The notes under the pieces: model-generated
Database searches by the model: none
What the model saw: only the letters and a program-made list of their open reading frames with translations
Told to the model about the DNA's origin: nothing
Program-made: the position numbers and the translations under genes
DNA from: Clostridiaceae bacterium
GTDB lineage: Bacteria > Bacillota > Clostridia > Oscillospirales > Butyricicoccaceae
Assembly: GCA_034926865.1 (NCBI GenBank)
Contig: JAYFQP010000003.1
Span: 138,149-170,148 of the forward strand
Length of the DNA: 32,000 nt
Reading direction: 5' to 3'
In this document: one piece after another, positions 28,911-32,000 of the stretch
How the letters are laid out: each line of letters starts with the position of its first letter
Numbering within the stretch: position 1 is the stretch's first letter

Positions 28911-29558
28911 ATGCTTGATTATGATGGGACACAAACGGAGGTTTTGACAGGAGAACTTACGGGAAAAGCAGATATATCAAATGGGGCTACACTTGAGTAC
29001 TCCCTCAGTTATCCTGTCGTTTCTAAAAGCAGAAGCATATCTTTTTTTTACCGTTCAAATGCCCTTAAATACCAGTCTCTGATAAATTCGCGTTATGTAA
29101 ACGAACTGAGACGGCTTCCACCGGGATGGGGACCTCTGGAAAGCAAAATAAACGGCACATTCGAGGTAATGTACAACAAAAATGGCCTTCTCTCCATATT
29201 TATGGATACATACGAAGATATGGGCATGTACAGGCTTACTTTAGGACGCACCTCTGCGACATGGAATGTCCGCTCCAGCCGCAGATCGGAGCTTAATCAG
29301 CTTTTTAAAAACCAGCAAATGCTGAATAATATTGTTAGCAAACATATTTTCAAAGAAGTTGAAGAGAGCCAAAATGCTTATCCCGGCAGCTACTATTTCG
29401 ATAAACGATTGTTCAAGCGCCCATGGGGTTATTACCTGACGGATCGGGGCTTGGCTGTATATTACCAAAAAGGAACGGTGGCCCCCGGCAACAGCGGCAT
29501 ACCCACTTTTCTCATTCCCTGGGATGCGCTCAAACCCATAGTTAATTTTACCCCTTAA
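28911..29558 (+). CDS. DUF4163/DUF3298 (RsiV/PdaC-type) domain protein with no signal peptide or TM segment
   Basis: FEVMYNKNGLLSIFMDTYE and YYLTDRGLAVYYQKGTVAPGNSGIPTFLIPWDAL match the DUF3298 consensus as I recall it. The N-terminal part (LEYSLSYPVV...) is DUF4163-like. A GAGGTGA RBS is present. The N-terminus is hydrophilic. Confidence 0.65.
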   Translation: MLDYDGTQTEVLTGELTGKADISNGATLEYSLSYPVVSKSRSISFFYRSNALKYQSLINSRYVNELRRLPPGWGPLESKINGTFEVMYNKNGLLSIFMDTYEDMGMYRLTLGRTSATWNVRSSRRSELNQLFKNQQMLNNIVSKHIFKEVEESQNAYPGSYYFDKRLFKRPWGYYLTDRGLAVYYQKGTVAPGNSGIPTFLIPWDALKPIVNFTP

Positions 29559-29561
29559 GTG

Positions 29562-29590
29562 TTGTTCGTGGACAAAAGGCATGTTATAAT
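29562..29590 (+). promoter_or_regulatory. Candidate extended -10 promoter upstream of the SipW-like gene
   Basis: TTGTTC (29562-29567), a 17-nt spacer, then TG-T-TATAAT (TATAAT at 29585-29590). A GGGCGGC/GCCGCCC hairpin at 29604-29624 lies in the putative leader. Confidence 0.35.
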
Positions 29591-29655
29591 CTTATTAAAT
29601 ACCGGGCGGCCATTATCGCCGCCCTTAGAGAAAGAAAAATGCGGGTGATAACGAG

Positions 29656-30216
29656 ATGAAAGCCATAAAGAATATATTTTCAACCATATTATGTCTTATT
29701 GCGGCTCTTGCCCTCTTTCAGTGTCTTTTTATAACATTTTCAAACGGAGATCTTTTCCCTACCTTTCTCAGCACCGGAGCCTATGTCACCAATACAGGAG
29801 AGTTCGGCGATATTCTGCCTCATGGGAGCATAGCTCTGACCAAGAAAACGGACGAGCTTGAAAGAGGGGACATCATCGTCTATTTATACAGGGATGACGT
29901 TGCCTTTGGCGCGGTTATCAGAGAAGATGGCGACAATATAGATATTTTATCTTCCGGTGAACCAATTACGGTACATAAAAACACGGTTGCAGGAAAGGTC
30001 TTTTATCAGATAACACATCTCGGCTATGCCGCTTCAGTTATAAAATCAAACAGGATCATAGTCTGGTCTGCCTGCGGTGTCTTAATTGCGCTGGCATTTT
30101 TATGGATAGTCACGCTTCCGGGCCGAAGGCGCAAGGGTGAGATAAAAGAGCTAATCAAGCTTTTTGACCATTATGGTCACAAATATGACCTTGAGGAAGC
30201 CGATATCGATTATTGA
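29656..30216 (+). CDS. SipW/S26B-like membrane protein, apparently catalytically inactive
   Basis: It has N-terminal and C-terminal TM helices flanking a core whose strand order resembles SipW (GDIIVYL..., VAGKVFYQITHLGYA...). The nucleophile box reads NTGEFGD where SGSMEPT is expected, and no His occupies the expected general-base position. Confidence 0.5.
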   Translation: MKAIKNIFSTILCLIAALALFQCLFITFSNGDLFPTFLSTGAYVTNTGEFGDILPHGSIALTKKTDELERGDIIVYLYRDDVAFGAVIREDGDNIDILSSGEPITVHKNTVAGKVFYQITHLGYAASVIKSNRIIVWSACGVLIALAFLWIVTLPGRRRKGEIKELIKLFDHYGHKYDLEEADIDY

Positions 30217-30325
30217 TACAAGAAAAGGCCTAAGCATTCCCCATTTTAACGTTCTCGTCAAGAAAAAAGCTGCTTATCAGAGGATCTACGGCCGCTGATA
30301 AAATCCCCCCACAAGGCGGAAAAAA

Positions 30326-30691
30326 ATGAAAAGTACAAAGTATTGGCTTATAATCATAGGGCTTATCCTTGCCGTTTCATGCCTGATTGCATATGTTATG
30401 TCACAAAACCAGGGCAGGACAGCCATTATCACCCAAAACGGTAAAGAGCTTTATTCTATCGATCTTGACGCTGTGGATGAACCATACACCATTGAAATAA
30501 AAGGTAAATATACGAATAAAATTTGTGTCGAGCATGGCCGCATACGAGTTGAAGACTCAGACTGCCCAGACCAGATATGCGTCAAGCACGGCTGGATAAC
30601 TGAGGGAGGCTCGCCCATAGTGTGCCTGCCAAACGGCCTTGTCATAGAGATTAAAGGTGGATCTTCATCAGCGGATACGGTATCGAAATAA
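30326..30691 (+). CDS. NusG domain II (DUF1312)-containing membrane protein
   Basis: It has an N-terminal TM helix and the signature CPDQICVKHGWI...PIVCLPNGLVIEI. The product is 121 aa. Confidence 0.7.
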   Translation: MKSTKYWLIIIGLILAVSCLIAYVMSQNQGRTAIITQNGKELYSIDLDAVDEPYTIEIKGKYTNKICVEHGRIRVEDSDCPDQICVKHGWITEGGSPIVCLPNGLVIEIKGGSSSADTVSK

Positions 30692-30732
30692 TTGTTCCAT
30701 TATTTTGCCTCCGCGTTTCATTAATAGATAAA

Positions 30733-30766
30733 AGGACGGCGTTTTCGCCGTCCTTGATTTTTTCTT
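30733..30766 (+). terminator. Rho-independent terminator after the NusG_II gene
   Basis: AGGACGGCG (30733-30741) pairs with CGCCGTCCT (30746-30754) around a TTTT loop. A TGATTTTTT tail follows. Confidence 0.8.
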
Positions 30767-30788
30767 CTCCGCCTTTTGGCGATAATGG

Positions 30789-32000
30789 CTATATTGTTTG
30801 CCGCGGACGCAGTAGGTCAAGTATTTCGGGCTTCGGCATGGGCCGCGCATAATAAAATCCCTGCAGATAATCAGCCCCCAAATCTATAAGCTTTTGTGCC
30901 AGCTCAAATGTTTCTATACCCTCGGCAACCACATAAGTGCCAGACTTATGGAACAGGTTTATAAGCGTACTGACTATGAGACAAGACTTATCGTTAGTCT
31001 TCATTGCATCCATAAGGCTCTTATCAAGCTTTATGCACTCAAAGGGAAACATCATCATATTGGAAAAGTTGGAATACCCAACGCCAAAGTCATCAAGATA
31101 AAAGGAAAAGCCTTGATCCACCATATCCCTCAGAACCTCCTGCACCAATATGGCATCACTTGCAAATACTCTTTCCGTTATCTCGAACTTGATCCTGTCA
31201 TGCGCTATGCCCCACTTATCCATAAGGATCGACAGCCTTGCAGGAAGGTTCCTGTCAGTCAGCTGTGTCATGGCAAGGTTTACAGAAACAGAGTCTATCG
31301 ACATATCCGGATTCTGGCTTAAAAAGGCGCAGACATTGTCCAGCACGATCCAGCTTATGCTGTCTATCATAGCGTTGCTTTCTGCAATGGGTATAAACTC
31401 ACTTGGGGAAATATATGTACCATCCTTGTCCTTAAGACGTACAAGAGCCTCGGCTGTAGAAAAATTGTCCGTTTTATTGTAATATATGGGCTGATACCAT
31501 ACCTCAAAAAGCTGCTGTTCAATGGCCTCTCTCATATAAAATATAAGGTATTTTTCGCGCTCTAGCTCGTTGAAAATATCTTTGTTGAAACTTATATGCT
31601 GATTAGACAATTCCTTTGATGTGCGCTGCATATACTCAAGGAACTCTATAATCTGCGCCAGACTCCACTGCTCATTTTTGCGGGTTAAATCAATAAAATG
31701 AGCGTTTAACCGGCAGGAACCATCTCCTACATTCCACATTTGGGCAAAACGCTGCTGAAGGATATAAACATCTCTTCCCATCTGATTTGGGTCGGTGTAC
31801 GGTGACATAATAGCAAAAGTAGTGGGGCCAAAACGGAAAACCTTAGAGGAGCGAAAAGAGAATTCAAGCCATCTCGCAACCGCATAGAGAACATTATCAC
31901 CCACATGATAACCAAAAGATCTATTAATGGCGCTAAAATGGTGGATAGAAACAAGCATGATAACAAAAGAATCATTCTGCAAAATACGATTTCTTATGTC
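30789..32000 (-). CDS. Degenerate GGDEF plus EAL domain protein (c-di-GMP phosphodiesterase), 5' partial
   Basis: The frame is open to the window edge (...DIRNRILQNDSF...), so the TTG 'start' at 31982 is an artefact. EAL motifs are intact (AEALVRL, DDFGVGYSN, VAEGIET). The GGDEF box reads RFGPTTF. Confidence 0.88.
   Translation of the reverse strand, partial: DIRNRILQNDSFVIMLVSIHHFSAINRSFGYHVGDNVLYAVARWLEFSFRSSKVFRFGPTTFAIMSPYTDPNQMGRDVYILQQRFAQMWNVGDGSCRLNAHFIDLTRKNEQWSLAQIIEFLEYMQRTSKELSNQHISFNKDIFNELEREKYLIFYMREAIEQQLFEVWYQPIYYNKTDNFSTAEALVRLKDKDGTYISPSEFIPIAESNAMIDSISWIVLDNVCAFLSQNPDMSIDSVSVNLAMTQLTDRNLPARLSILMDKWGIAHDRIKFEITERVFASDAILVQEVLRDMVDQGFSFYLDDFGVGYSNFSNMMMFPFECIKLDKSLMDAMKTNDKSCLIVSTLINLFHKSGTYVVAEGIETFELAQKLIDLGADYLQGFYYARPMPKPEILDLLRPRQTI

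Noticed and set aside
29604-29624. A GGGCGGC/GCCGCCC hairpin after the DUF3298 gene, considered as a terminator
   Set aside because: No T-tract follows it, and it lies downstream of the candidate promoter for the next gene. Its status as terminator or leader structure is unresolved, so it is not called.

Overview
This window is mostly a housekeeping chromosomal segment from a low- to mid-GC Gram-positive bacterium. A Clostridia-like origin is inferred from gene content, strong GGAGG-type ribosome-binding sites, frequent TTG/GTG starts and Bacillus-like synteny. I call 31 CDS in six strand blocks.

- 1-4569 (+): the distal end of an F1Fo ATP synthase operon (atpA 3' end, atpG, atpD, atpC), then a GT2-TPR glycosyltransferase.
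- 4546-18752 (-): cca, ftsH, hpt, tilS, dnaB, rplI, gdpP, rnj, then feoA-feoB plus a small Cys-rich protein.
- 18941-22414 (+): ruvX and two tandem, about 90% identical AbgB-like M20 amidohydrolase paralogues.
- 22479-28782 (-): a HAD phosphatase and thiN; a YtrA-type GntR regulator with an ABC ATPase and ABC-2 permease; and a DUF4364 / DUF3048 lipoprotein / orphan BMP lipoprotein operon.
- 28911-30691 (+): a signal-less DUF4163/DUF3298 protein, a SipW-like protein that seems to lack its catalytic residues, and a NusG_II membrane protein.
- 30789-32000 (-): a partial degenerate-GGDEF/EAL protein.

I found no rRNA, tRNA, CRISPR array, IS element, integrase or recognisable defence genes. I see no convincing evidence for a large undescribed multi-gene system. 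The most unusual material is the block of poorly characterised envelope-associated genes at 26-30.7 kb, the tandem M20 duplication with mosaic identity tracts, and the N-terminal extension and long leader of RNase J. All family assignments come from reading motifs by eye, not from searches.
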